Shown piece after piece: positions 9,081-17,732 of a stretch of 64,000 nucleotides of DNA; within the stretch, counting starts at the first letter, position 1, and every line of letters starts with the position of its first letter. Source of the DNA: a virus; IMG/VR virus record IMGVR_UViG_3300006033_000025; one strand, written 5' to 3'. A program made the position numbers and the translations under genes. The notes under the pieces were generated by a model that worked only from the letters and a program-made list of their open reading frames with translations, searched no databases and had not been told where the DNA came from.

Positions 9081-9605
9081 TCAGAACGCGCTGGTGGGAA
9101 CAGGCTTGTTGACGAGCTTGAGCTGCTCACCAAGCACCTTCAGGTACTCGATGGCCTTCTCTTCAGACCACGCGTGGACGCACGACGTGCTCTTGGTCAC
9201 TTCTTCGGTGGTCACAACGTGCCGGATCGACGTGTCGCTCCAGTCAATGGAGATGACGCGCTTGCGCCAGCCGATCTCGATCCAGCCGACTTCGGTCTTC
9301 ACGAACCACCAGGGGTATGCGCCATCAGGCAGATCACCCCAGTACTGGTTCTTGAGTTCGCGCACGTCGAGGATTCGGATGCCCGCCATCTCAAAGATGG
9401 CCTCCAGCTTCTTCTTGGACAGCTCGTAGCCACGCCACGGAGGCATGTTCGAGATCTGGCCCTTTGCCTCGCACGCCGGGTTCTGGCACTTGAACTTGGT
9501 TGTTCGCTTGCCGTGCATGCCGACACCCATCTCCGTGACCATCAGGCGCTCGGTGCCGCAGCAGAGACAGGTATGTTCTCTCTTCATCAGTCCATGCGGG
9601 TCCAT
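9081..9605 (-). CDS. zinc-ribbon protein
   Basis: CLCCG...KCQNPAC Cys4; AAAGGA SD. Confidence 0.7.
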   Translation of the reverse strand: MDPHGLMKREHTCLCCGTERLMVTEMGVGMHGKRTTKFKCQNPACEAKGQISNMPPWRGYELSKKKLEAIFEMAGIRILDVRELKNQYWGDLPDGAYPWWFVKTEVGWIEIGWRKRVISIDWSDTSIRHVVTTEEVTKSTSCVHAWSEEKAIEYLKVLGEQLKLVNKPVPTSAF

Positions 9606-9614
9606 GTGATCCTT

Positions 9615-9938
9615 TCAGTAGCGTTTTTCAGGGCTGAGCGGGCTGGCGTCAGGATCTTCATCCTTCTCCATGGCCTCTTCAGCATAGTGGTGGTTGAAGT
9701 CGCACTCGTTCTCGATCTCGACGGTCGGAGTCTTGAGCTTGCGCAGGTGGTCAAGGTTGACCTTCCACGCGTCCTTCGAGCTGCCGCAGGTGTGCGACGT
9801 GACGCCGCCACCTTCGTTCATGCTCGTTGCTGTGTCCTGCCAGAACGGCCACCACCACACGCGGTACTGCGGGATGTAGACGTTGTGCTGCGGCGGCGCG
9901 TGGCAGATGATCTTCACGCGGTACTTCGGGCGGCCCAT
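9615..9938 (-). CDS. hypothetical protein
   Basis: 107 aa; GGGAGG SD upstream of ATG. Confidence 0.65.
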   Translation of the reverse strand: MGRPKYRVKIICHAPPQHNVYIPQYRVWWWPFWQDTATSMNEGGGVTSHTCGSSKDAWKVNLDHLRKLKTPTVEIENECDFNHHYAEEAMEKDEDPDASPLSPEKRY

Positions 9939-9939
9939 G

Positions 9940-10497
9940 TCAGTGCCTCCCGTCGAAGTCGTCTTGGGCTGAGTCCGGCGCGACGAAGCACTCAGCGGTC
10001 ACGGTCCTTGTGAGACACATGCGAACCATCTTGCCACACGCATGACGGAGCGTGAACCCATAGTTCTGGTAGTTGTCGTGGTTTGCACGCACAACTTCCG
10101 GGATCGGGAACGGCTTCTGACAGTGTGGGCACAGTGGATCTGTGCCATCATCATCAGAGTCGGCTTCGAGTGCACGACCATCGACGTTGCCGTCATTGGT
10201 GCCGACATGCCCGAAGGCATCGCCGCTCTCTTCCGGCTTACCAGCGAGGCCGCGCAGCCGCTTCTGCATCGCATTGAACCGTTCGAGGAACGGAACATCG
10301 TCGAAGTTCTCGTGCTTGGACACGAGTGAAGCGACCACGTCGAAGTCATGGGTGTAAACCGGCGGTTCGAGACCGTCGGGGAGTTTCACACCTGCATCGA
10401 CGATGGCACGCCGCGCCTTCGGAAGCGTGTTCAGGTCGATCTTTCCATTCTTGTGTGCTTCGACGAGTTCGTTGGCAAACAGCGTTTCTTTCGACAT
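9940..10497 (-). CDS. hypothetical protein with C-terminal CxxC..HACGK zinc-binding-like motif
   Basis: internal ATG at 10497 with AAAGG SD (MSKETLFANELVEAHKNG...); earlier track start is S/R-rich junk. Confidence 0.6.
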   Translation of the reverse strand: MSKETLFANELVEAHKNGKIDLNTLPKARRAIVDAGVKLPDGLEPPVYTHDFDVVASLVSKHENFDDVPFLERFNAMQKRLRGLAGKPEESGDAFGHVGTNDGNVDGRALEADSDDDGTDPLCPHCQKPFPIPEVVRANHDNYQNYGFTLRHACGKMVRMCLTRTVTAECFVAPDSAQDDFDGRH

Positions 10498-10498
10498 G

Positions 10499-10702
10499 TC
10501 AGCCTTTCTTGTATTCGAATGTTTTGGTGGGGACGCCGACCTCGCGGTCACGGATTTCGCGGAGCGCTTCAATCGGCTTACCGTACTTCCGTTGGATCGA
10601 AGCCGCGAAGTAGCCGTCGCCCAAGCACGGGTTTGAGGGCTTGTCGTGCGGAGGCAGGCCGTCCAGCTTCGCCAGATCGTCCGTCAGAGCTACGATGTCC
10701 AT
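10499..10702 (-). CDS. hypothetical small protein
   Basis: 67 aa; AAGAAGGAAAC leader upstream of ATG. Confidence 0.6.
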   Translation of the reverse strand: MDIVALTDDLAKLDGLPPHDKPSNPCLGDGYFAASIQRKYGKPIEALREIRDREVGVPTKTFEYKKG

Positions 10703-10832
10703 CGGTTTCCTTCTTGGGTTTGGGTTTGTGAGCGTCGATGTAGGCGATGATCGCCTTGTTCACGCAGGAGGTGCAGAGACGATCCTCGTCGGGATCGTGG
10801 ATCGTCTTGCCGCAGACGGTGCAGCCGTACAT
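10578..10832 (-). CDS. possible small zinc-ribbon protein (overlaps 10499..10702)
   Basis: MYGCTVCGKTIHDPDEDRLCTSCVNKA...; ATG overlaps upstream stop (TAATG); C-terminal 40 aa R-rich and doubtful. Confidence 0.3.
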   Translation of the reverse strand: MYGCTVCGKTIHDPDEDRLCTSCVNKAIIAYIDAHKPKPKKETDGHRSSDGRSGEAGRPASARQALKPVLGRRLLRGFDPTEVR

Positions 10833-11029
10833 TACTTGCCACCTCCGCCGTAGCCCATGGCGAGGGCTTCGTGCTTCTTGATGACGCGGGCAGCAGCGAG
10901 CGTGGTCGACTTGCCGGGCGTCCGTGCATACACATGCTGCGCGAACTTCTTGTATGGGTCGATAGGCGGCGGCTGCGTGCCGAATGCGATACGCAGCAGC
11001 GTCCTCGACACGAGGCGACGCAACTTCAC
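10832..11029 (-). CDS. hypothetical small protein
   Basis: 65 aa, GTG start in GTGA overlap; GC3-rich. Confidence 0.4.
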   Translation of the reverse strand: MKLRRLVSRTLLRIAFGTQPPPIDPYKKFAQHVYARTPGKSTTLAAARVIKKHEALAMGYGGGGK

Positions 11030-11541
11030 GTCGCACCCGTGTCAGGATAGGCCGGATGCAGGAACTCGCGCGCCTTGCGCCATTCGCCGCCGTGCTCATG
11101 GGCCATCATGCACAGCGTTGTGAAGAACGCTTTGTCCTTCTCGAAGCGCGCCAGCCGCTGGCTGTCGAGCCCCTTCTGCCTGATGATGGCCTGGGGATCG
11201 CCCAGGTTCAGGATCAGGATGCGGCGCAGGTCGATGCGCGTCATGCCGCCGAGTTTGACCGTGTCGATGGTCTCGCGCGACGTCGTGATCGGATCATTGC
11301 GGCTGAGCACCTCGGTATCCGGTGCGCTCCAGTTCGCTGGGATCGTCTTGGTGTCACCAAACGATTCTTCGAACGCACGGATGCGTTCGCTGGTCAGCTC
11401 CCACTTCTCAGAGCCATCCGGGTAGCGGACGAGCTGGAAGAGCTGCGGGAGCTTGGTGCCATCGGGCAGTTCGGTGAAGATCGTCTTGTAGACGGCCTCC
11501 GGCGGGAGGCCGACCATCGTCTGTGCAGCGAGGTTGGTCAT
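11026..11541 (-). CDS. hypothetical protein
   Basis: 171 aa, ATGA overlap. Confidence 0.7.
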   Translation of the reverse strand: MTNLAAQTMVGLPPEAVYKTIFTELPDGTKLPQLFQLVRYPDGSEKWELTSERIRAFEESFGDTKTIPANWSAPDTEVLSRNDPITTSRETIDTVKLGGMTRIDLRRILILNLGDPQAIIRQKGLDSQRLARFEKDKAFFTTLCMMAHEHGGEWRKAREFLHPAYPDTGAT

Positions 11542-12035
11542 GATTTGCTCAGTGGTGGCGTCGTACGCGGCTCGCGGCCAGCGATCACGACGACTGGGTA
11601 GATACGGTTCGCGGCGCAGCCGACAGGCTGAGCGTCCAGGAAGCCCTTCGCAGCTTCCCAGGTGTGGAAGACCGCGAGATGGACAGACAGTTTCGGGCCG
11701 TCCTCACCGCGTGGTTCGCACGTGGCGCCGAACGACTTTTCCATCTTGTTGAAGGCACCGTTGACGTCGCCCTGCGACACGACCCACATGCAGCGGGTGT
11801 CACCGGGGCGTTCGACATGCTGCTCCAGCATGGCGACGGAATAGTCGAAACCCTGCGTGTCGAGTTCGTCGATGAGTTGGCAGGCATCATAGGCAAGCGC
11901 GACAAGCTGTTCGGGCTTCAGCGCCCTGAGCCCAGCGATGACATCGTCCTTGCGGGAGGCTTCGGAGTTCTTGACGTCAGCGTAGGCCGAGACGACCTTC
12001 TCGATGTCGTCAGCGAGCGGGTTGTTGGATCTCAT
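11538..12035 (-). CDS. hypothetical protein
   Basis: 165 aa, GGAG SD. Confidence 0.7.
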   Translation of the reverse strand: MRSNNPLADDIEKVVSAYADVKNSEASRKDDVIAGLRALKPEQLVALAYDACQLIDELDTQGFDYSVAMLEQHVERPGDTRCMWVVSQGDVNGAFNKMEKSFGATCEPRGEDGPKLSVHLAVFHTWEAAKGFLDAQPVGCAANRIYPVVVIAGREPRTTPPLSKS

Positions 12036-12316
12036 ACCGTGTGCTCCGTGGGTGGGTTGGTGGACCAGTCGACCAGGACATTCGTCGGAGCCTTTCCGAG
12101 CGTCTCATCTTCGAGACGCTGGTAGAGACCCTTCGGTGCATCGGCGTTGCAGACACCGATGCCGATGAACAGTTCGTCGATGCTCTTGGTGGTCCAAGAC
12201 TGGGACATGCGCCCAGCCCTGGACCATACCTGACAGAAGAACTCGCGCAGCGGCCTGTCATAGCCGACGATCAACTTTCCGAGCTTCCTGTTTCGCGGGA
12301 TGGTGTGCCGGCTCAT
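12032..12316 (-). CDS. hypothetical protein
   Basis: 94-aa C-terminal portion of track ORF 12032..12679; ATG at 12316 in ATGA overlap with pilin-like gene stop. Confidence 0.5.
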   Translation of the reverse strand: MSRHTIPRNRKLGKLIVGYDRPLREFFCQVWSRAGRMSQSWTTKSIDELFIGIGVCNADAPKGLYQRLEDETLGKAPTNVLVDWSTNPPTEHTV

Positions 12317-12621
12317 CGCCGTTCGACGTCCGGCGACCAGGGCTTCTTCGCTGCCGGCAGCTCCAGGACCAGTTCGGACCTGAAGAATCGCACTTCGGTG
12401 AAGCGCTCCTTGGCTTCCGGGCCGTTGTCGACCCGGCAGCTGTAGATGAGCTGGCCGCCCTGCGCTTCCTCGCGCATGATAACGACCTGTTGCCCAGTCG
12501 CCGAGACGTAGACCGTCGCGCCGACCTTCATCTTGTCGAACTTCGACATGGCGATGGCAGCGATGATGGCAATGATCGCGATGACGATCATCAGTTCGAT
12601 GAGGGTGAACGCGCGCTTCAC
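12313..12621 (-). CDS. type IV prepilin / pseudopilin-like protein (N-terminal methylation-type helix)
   Basis: N-terminus VKRAFTLIELMIVIAIIAIIAAIA matches the class III signal / N-terminal helix consensus (G/A)FTLIELMIV with Glu at +5; GTG start in GTGA overlap. Confidence 0.7.
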   Translation of the reverse strand: MKRAFTLIELMIVIAIIAIIAAIAMSKFDKMKVGATVYVSATGQQVVIMREEAQGGQLIYSCRVDNGPEAKERFTEVRFFRSELVLELPAAKKPWSPDVERR

Positions 12622-13313
12622 TTCTTGCCTTTCTTTGGCTTCGTCGCCTTCTTGATGGGTTTGGACATCGACTTCTCAACTTCGCCAGGGATCAGCTTGT
12701 CGATCTCGTCGACATAGGCATCGAATGCCTTGAGGCGTTCGACAGCACGGTTGAGGCATTCGTCTGCATTTTCCTTCGAGTACTTGATCTCGCGTGCAGC
12801 ATCTTCGAGCTTGGCAGCGCGGTACGACTCAACGCTGTCGTATTCCTTCTCCTGGTAGCAGCTGTTGAAATCGAATCCGATGGCACTGTTGACCTGCTCG
12901 ATAGCGAACTTCAAGACGCCAACGGTCACTTCGTGATTCGCTTCGTCGCGAATGTGACGCAGCTTGTTCAGCGCTGTACGATGGGCGCGTTCGCCAGCCT
13001 CGAACTCCTGACGACGCTTTTCATTCTCCTTGCGGACGCGCTCGGCGTCAGCGACGAATGACGTCTGCCACGCTGCGTTGGACATGTTCTGGTACTGCTG
13101 ATGCCGCTCGACAGCTTCGGTGAGCTTGGCCTTCTGCTTTTCAGCGTATTCGACGTGTTCGACCAGCTTGGCACGGATCTGGTTGCAGTTGAGGTCGTTG
13201 CTCTCATCGCGGAGCATGACGCAGACGCCGATGGCTCTGACGACGTCGTTGAGCAACCACGTCTTGATGTTGTAGTTGCGTTTGGCGAGTGCAGCGGTGT
13301 AGCCGGTGGGCAT
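12618..13313 (-). CDS. hypothetical coiled-coil protein
   Basis: 231 aa; AAGGAA SD; K/E-rich helical. Confidence 0.7.
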   Translation of the reverse strand: MPTGYTAALAKRNYNIKTWLLNDVVRAIGVCVMLRDESNDLNCNQIRAKLVEHVEYAEKQKAKLTEAVERHQQYQNMSNAAWQTSFVADAERVRKENEKRRQEFEAGERAHRTALNKLRHIRDEANHEVTVGVLKFAIEQVNSAIGFDFNSCYQEKEYDSVESYRAAKLEDAAREIKYSKENADECLNRAVERLKAFDAYVDEIDKLIPGEVEKSMSKPIKKATKPKKGKK

Positions 13314-13355
13314 GGTATGATTCCTTAGAGTACAGGGAGTAAAGTGGTTAGGACG

Positions 13356-13520
13356 TCAGACAGGTTTCTTGATCATGGCTTGGCCGTACCAGAAGTCGCC
13401 GCGTTCGCCGCCATGGACGTAGAACGGTCCTCCGATCGGACAGAAGCCGCAGAGCATGGCCTCGTTGACCTTCTCGGCGAGCAGCTTGGTGCCGATCGCC
13501 TCGATGATGATGTAGTTCAT
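13356..13520 (-). CDS. hypothetical small protein
   Basis: 54-aa ORF below track threshold: MNYIIIEAIGTKLLAEKVNEAMLCGFCPIGGPFYVHGG...; GAAAGAG SD; ATGA overlap. Confidence 0.45.
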   Translation of the reverse strand: MNYIIIEAIGTKLLAEKVNEAMLCGFCPIGGPFYVHGGERGDFWYGQAMIKKPV

Positions 13521-13834
13521 GTGTCCCAGCTCTTTCGTTCGGCAACGCGCGTGGCGTTCACCGTCAGGTTGAAGTAGCCCTCGTGCAGCAGGCGACGCGC
13601 CAGCCGGACATAGGCCACATGGGCAGCATCCTTGTGTTCTTCGAGGTTCAGATCACATGCGAGCGCACAGCTCGTTGGTGAACTGGCGTACTCATGTCCT
13701 TCGTTGCCGTATCGGGCGATGACCGAACCTGAGTCGCCATCACCTTGTGACTTCGGACAGAAGTAGGTGTCATACTGTCCATGCCTGCCCATGAATAAAC
13801 AGGCCGGACAGTCGTGCGTGTAGCGTGGCGTCAT
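13517..13834 (-). CDS. Cys-rich hypothetical protein
   Basis: internal ATG at 13834 in ATGA overlap; MTPRYTHDCPACLFMGRHGQYDTYFCPKS... Confidence 0.55.
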   Translation of the reverse strand: MTPRYTHDCPACLFMGRHGQYDTYFCPKSQGDGDSGSVIARYGNEGHEYASSPTSCALACDLNLEEHKDAAHVAYVRLARRLLHEGYFNLTVNATRVAERKSWDT

Positions 13835-14058
13835 ACAGAGCCCAGGCTGCGCCCACAGACTGCGCAATCACGCAGATCGTACGGATACCCCGGCGTGTCG
13901 ATTATGAAGCGGCGCTTCGTCGAACAGCTGCACACTTTGGTAAGCGCGAAGGCTTCCTTAGCCTTGATCAGTTCGACCACCGGGACTGTCTCAAGGTCAG
14001 AGGCCCAGACCATGTCTGGGCCTCCGTCGGTCACGACTTCGACAGTCGCTGTCGTCAT
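13831..14058 (-). CDS. small zinc-ribbon-like protein
   Basis: 75 aa; AGGAG SD; CSCS...CAVCG. Confidence 0.6.
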   Translation of the reverse strand: MTTATVEVVTDGGPDMVWASDLETVPVVELIKAKEAFALTKVCSCSTKRRFIIDTPGYPYDLRDCAVCGRSLGSV

Positions 14059-14768
14059 GCGGGGTCTCCTGTCTCAGTGAACTCGAACTCGTTGGACTCA
14101 GCCAGTTCATCGAAGTATGCATCCGTTTGCTTGCTCTCGATGATCTTGTCGGCTTCGACATCCAGTTCCTTCGAAGCATCGCGAACGTCGTCCTGGAGAT
14201 CTCGTTCGACGCGGTCAGCGAAGGATTCGATGAGATTCGCATCTTCTTCTGGCACCCCGTTGTACACGCGCGCATAGAGCGACACGGACATCGTGTTGTA
14301 GTGTGAATAATGCGACCCGTAGCTGTTCCTGGTGATGCTGATCTCAAGCTCGAAGCCGTCATTCAGGTACGTGTTGTACAGCCGATAGATCTGCTTCCGC
14401 TCGTCCTTGGTGTAGTTCTTCCAGAGGCCACGACGCCACCACACCTTCTCCAGGTTCACGCACGAACTCGCCTTGTCTGGTCCGTGGCAGTGCCATGCCC
14501 AGTCAAGCCGACTGTCCTTGCCTTTCGAGAAGTCAGGAGCGCAGCGACTGCCGGTGTAGAAGGCCATGCCATCACCCTGGCTGTAACTGTACCGGAAGCC
14601 AATGTCGCACGTTGGATAGCCCCACTCATGCAGGTAGGCGATGAAGCAGTGGTGCAGATCATCGCTGCTATCCGTATACCGTTCGTTCATCCACTCCTTC
14701 GCGCGTTCCTTGGCTTTGCCTGTCAGCTCCTTGTAGGTGAACAGAGTCACTTCTATGGTGCGCGGCAT
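14055..14768 (-). CDS. hypothetical protein (Tyr/Trp-rich; lower-GC gene)
   Basis: start at internal ATG 14768 (MPRTIEVTLFTYKEL...); locally lower GC. Confidence 0.6.
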   Translation of the reverse strand: MPRTIEVTLFTYKELTGKAKERAKEWMNERYTDSSDDLHHCFIAYLHEWGYPTCDIGFRYSYSQGDGMAFYTGSRCAPDFSKGKDSRLDWAWHCHGPDKASSCVNLEKVWWRRGLWKNYTKDERKQIYRLYNTYLNDGFELEISITRNSYGSHYSHYNTMSVSLYARVYNGVPEEDANLIESFADRVERDLQDDVRDASKELDVEADKIIESKQTDAYFDELAESNEFEFTETGDPA

Positions 14769-15403
14769 GCCATCCCCACAGAATCCTGTTTCTTCGCATT
14801 GATGACCGAGTCGAGCTGACACGCGACCTCAGCCAGCCCAGTGGGCTTGATCTTCGGTTCGTTGCCACGCACATATTCCATGAGCGAAACATCGCTGTCG
14901 ACACGGCGGAAGCCGTGCTTCTCGTAGAACGTGTACAGCTCGTAGTTGCTCATCGCACCGTGCGAGTTCGACGCGAGGTAGATGCGCTGGAACGGGGAAC
15001 CGCTCAGGATCTGCTTGAGCATCCAAGATCCGAGGCCCTTGCGACGGAACTCGCGGGCGACCCACAGATCACTGATGTAGCAGAAGCTGCCCTTGCCGCC
15101 GGTGAGCGCCTGCCAAAGCAGGTAGCAGCGCGGCAGCCCATCACCCATGAGATTCGAATCGTACTCGGCGTTGATGGTGCCGAGCGCACCTTCACGAGCG
15201 ACCAGTACGGTCGCACGGACAAACGAAGCGTCCCATAGCTCGATGGTGACACCATCGCGGTTGATGATGACCTGACGCGTCGGTGCGACCATGTCCGGGT
15301 TTCGTCCCCAGTACATCTGGTTGCGTTCATCGCTGCTGAGGCCGAACTTGGTCGGCTTCGACGGCTCGCAGCACTTTGATTCACTCAGCATTGGCGTTTC
15401 CAT
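14753..15403 (-). CDS. GNAT-family N-acetyltransferase
   Basis: acetyl-CoA binding motif A region WVAREFRRKGLGSWMLKQIL; ATG at 15403 with AAGGAA SD; upstream part of track ORF is junk. Confidence 0.65.
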   Translation of the reverse strand: METPMLSESKCCEPSKPTKFGLSSDERNQMYWGRNPDMVAPTRQVIINRDGVTIELWDASFVRATVLVAREGALGTINAEYDSNLMGDGLPRCYLLWQALTGGKGSFCYISDLWVAREFRRKGLGSWMLKQILSGSPFQRIYLASNSHGAMSNYELYTFYEKHGFRRVDSDVSLMEYVRGNEPKIKPTGLAEVACQLDSVINAKKQDSVGMACRAP

Positions 15404-15695
15404 ATTGTTCCTTGATGGTTTTGATGTGTTCGAGCCAGAAGTCGTGATCGACTTCGACGAGGCCCTGAATGACCTCGTCGAGAGTCGGCATTCGCATGAA
15501 GAGCGTCTCGTTGCGATCGGTCCAGTACCGTTCTGAAACACGTGCGTTCAACTTCCCGCATCGGTCGCAGCCCTCCATGTGTAAGTACTGTGACGGGTCC
15601 ATCTCGTCGTCGAGACCTCCGACCTTCAGATCAAACCCGTGTTCCTTCGTCAGCACTCGGAACTTGTGGAAGCCCAACAGGCAGCGCAGTGACAT
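15381..15695 (-). CDS. hypothetical protein with CDRCGK motif
   Basis: start uncertain (15695 or 15602); overlaps next gene. Confidence 0.4.
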   Translation of the reverse strand: MSLRCLLGFHKFRVLTKEHGFDLKVGGLDDEMDPSQYLHMEGCDRCGKLNARVSERYWTDRNETLFMRMPTLDEVIQGLVEVDHDFWLEHIKTIKEQYGNANAE

Positions 15696-15936
15696 GCTCG
15701 TTTTCTTTCTTGAGTGCGAGATCGAGAAGATCTCCGGGTGAGGTTTCCGCACATTCGTCTTGGTCCATGGTCTTGAAGATCTCGTGACATGTGGGGCATT
15801 CGTAGTTGGCGCAGAAGCCTTCCTCCCCCATCCCCGTCACATACCACAGCTTGGTCTTCTCCGGGAACTTCCGCCAGCAGCCGAAGCAGCGGTGCGGTTT
15901 CTTCGTGAGGACCAGCTTCTCACGGTAGAAGCTCAT
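15631..15936 (-). CDS. zinc-ribbon protein
   Basis: CFGC...CPTC Cys4; ATGA overlap with upstream gene. Confidence 0.55.
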   Translation of the reverse strand: MSFYREKLVLTKKPHRCFGCWRKFPEKTKLWYVTGMGEEGFCANYECPTCHEIFKTMDQDECAETSPGDLLDLALKKENEHVTALPVGLPQVPSADEGTRV

Positions 15937-17312
15937 GACTGCGCGATCTTTGCTTTGGCAGCGACAAGGGCCTGCCGTGCTGTTTGCACACCGACAGCCA
16001 GCTGGAGGAAGTCACTGCTCGCGAGAGCAGCGTCCAGCGTGGTGACAAGTTCGGCGTATGCGCCTCGCCAGTCAGAGTGCGTGCCGGCTTCGGCAAGCAT
16101 TTGCTCTGCAATGGCGTGCTCATCCTTCAGCCGCTTCAGTTCGACATCGACCGCATCCTTGGCGGTCTTCATGTCTTCGAGCTGGTCTTCGAGGGACGAC
16201 GCCCTCTCGAACAGCATGGCGTTGGCAGTCCCGAGTTCAGCCAGCTTGGCTGTTGGGTACGACGGCGACGGGAAGCTCGCCGAGTGCTCGGCGAGTGCTC
16301 GCACTTGCGTCATTGCCTCGTTCATCGTAGTCAGCAGCGGCCCGGTATGCTTCAGGAACGATCCACGGATGTCAGCCATGGCCTTGGCGAAGGCAGCAGG
16401 ATCGTCAGTGACGAGAGCCTGCGCATCTTGCTTGCTGACCTTCTGACGCTCGGCACGCGCAGCTTCACGAGCTTCGAGTTTGGCTCGCTTCTGTTCTTCT
16501 TCGATGGCCTCGTGGGTCTCGATGATGTCCTTCAGGGCATCCATGAACAGCTCGCACGACGAGTGCCGCACACCGAGTTCGTCGATGATGACCTTGTAGA
16601 CACGCTCAGCGACTTTCTCGCGTGACGCTGGATCGCCTGCGTCGATGTCAGACATCGACAGAGCCACGAGCCGTTTCACGACACTTCGTGCTGGCTGGCC
16701 TGTGACGTCCGATGCCTTCATCAGCAGCCGCTTCAGCGACGCGGCTTTGGCCTTCGGCGCTCCGATCAGGTCTTCGACGGCTTCGATACGATCACGAGCG
16801 TCCTTGCCATCTGGCCGCTCCGAATACTTGTCGGTGTGACGGGTCTCCAGCACCTCGTCTCGGAGTGCGAGCATGATCTCCTGCTCGTTGTTGAACGCAG
16901 TGCGATCCTCGTGCCTCTGGATGTACCTGTCGACGAGGTGGCAGCAGTAGTTTGCGATACGTGAGTATTCGAATCGGAATGCCTGCCTGACGTCACTTCC
17001 GAGGTTGAGTCGTGACTTCACATCGCCGGTCGACGAGGACATGGCGACGCGAAGCATCTTCAGCTTCGGGTGGCACAGCACGTAGCTGTGCGTTGTTCTC
17101 GGCAGTTCCACGAGGCCGTACGGTTCTGCCCATGCCTTCCACTCGTCGAAGTCCCAGGCCCTGACGAGTCCGGGTCGCGGCATCTCGGACATCCGGGGAA
17201 GCCCGAATGTCGATGCCACGAGATCGAGGTTCGCGTCGCCCGACGAATCGAGCAGTTTCTGTAGCACCGAGTTCAGTAGCGGTGCGTCTGACGCTGGTGA
17301 TGAAGTACTCAT
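15933..17312 (-). CDS. large hypothetical protein (459 aa)
   Basis: long GC3-rich ORF with GGAGAA SD; no motif recognised. Confidence 0.8.
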   Translation of the reverse strand: MSTSSPASDAPLLNSVLQKLLDSSGDANLDLVASTFGLPRMSEMPRPGLVRAWDFDEWKAWAEPYGLVELPRTTHSYVLCHPKLKMLRVAMSSSTGDVKSRLNLGSDVRQAFRFEYSRIANYCCHLVDRYIQRHEDRTAFNNEQEIMLALRDEVLETRHTDKYSERPDGKDARDRIEAVEDLIGAPKAKAASLKRLLMKASDVTGQPARSVVKRLVALSMSDIDAGDPASREKVAERVYKVIIDELGVRHSSCELFMDALKDIIETHEAIEEEQKRAKLEAREAARAERQKVSKQDAQALVTDDPAAFAKAMADIRGSFLKHTGPLLTTMNEAMTQVRALAEHSASFPSPSYPTAKLAELGTANAMLFERASSLEDQLEDMKTAKDAVDVELKRLKDEHAIAEQMLAEAGTHSDWRGAYAELVTTLDAALASSDFLQLAVGVQTARQALVAAKAKIAQS

Positions 17313-17539
17313 GCTGGTTCTCCGTTCGTGATCGGCCAGTCGTCAGGGCGAAGTTTTGCCTTGAAGCCGGACGCTAGGTTGGGGTGGGTGATCTCGCACT
17401 CGTTCGGGCCGTTCCAGTCGATGTCCCAGTCATCATCGTCTTTCGTCTTCCGTGAAATCCAGTTCGCGAGGTCCTGCTGGGTCGCATTCTCTTTGCTGAC
17501 GTACTTGCTGCCAGAGTGTTGATAGATGACTAGGAGCAT
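17309..17539 (-). CDS. hypothetical small acidic protein
   Basis: ATG at 17539 with GGAAAGG SD (MLLVIYQHSGSKYVS...); track start 17578 is TTG. Confidence 0.5.
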   Translation of the reverse strand: MLLVIYQHSGSKYVSKENATQQDLANWISRKTKDDDDWDIDWNGPNECEITHPNLASGFKAKLRPDDWPITNGEPA

Positions 17540-17732
17540 CTGGTGCCTTTCCAGGGTGATGCGAGTGGCCTTTGCCAACGCAGTTGATGCAGCGTATCGC
17601 CCACTTGCGGCGCTTCATTTTTACATGGAGCGCCGCGTGTTCGTTGGTCGCGTCGACCTTCTCGAAGAACCCCTGGCCCGCTGCCACCTCTGCATCGCAG
17701 CGGAGGCAGCGGCCTGGGAACTTGTTCCTCAC
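17433..17732 (-). CDS. possible zinc-ribbon protein
   Basis: GTG start in GTGA overlap with PARP-like gene stop; CLRCD...CINCVGKGH; 3' third overlaps next gene. Confidence 0.4.
   Translation of the reverse strand: MRNKFPGRCLRCDAEVAAGQGFFEKVDATNEHAALHVKMKRRKWAIRCINCVGKGHSHHPGKAPDAPSHLSTLWQQVRQQRECDPAGPRELDFTEDERR

Noticed and set aside
8934-10013. Long plus-strand ORFs (8934..10013 359 aa; 17792..18931 379 aa; 24515..25660 381 aa; 31941..33089 382 aa; 39172..40746 524 aa; 44752..46539 595 aa; and others)
   Set aside because: Asp/Arg/Leu-rich, low-complexity translations typical of the antisense strand of high-GC genes. Each is fully covered by a minus-strand ORF with a recognisable protein or better GC3 codon pattern.
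12032-12679. 215-aa ORF spanning the pilin-like gene in another frame
   Set aside because: R/H/P-rich junk over 12317..12679. The pilin-like frame has a textbook motif. Only the C-terminal 94 codons were retained as 12032..12316.
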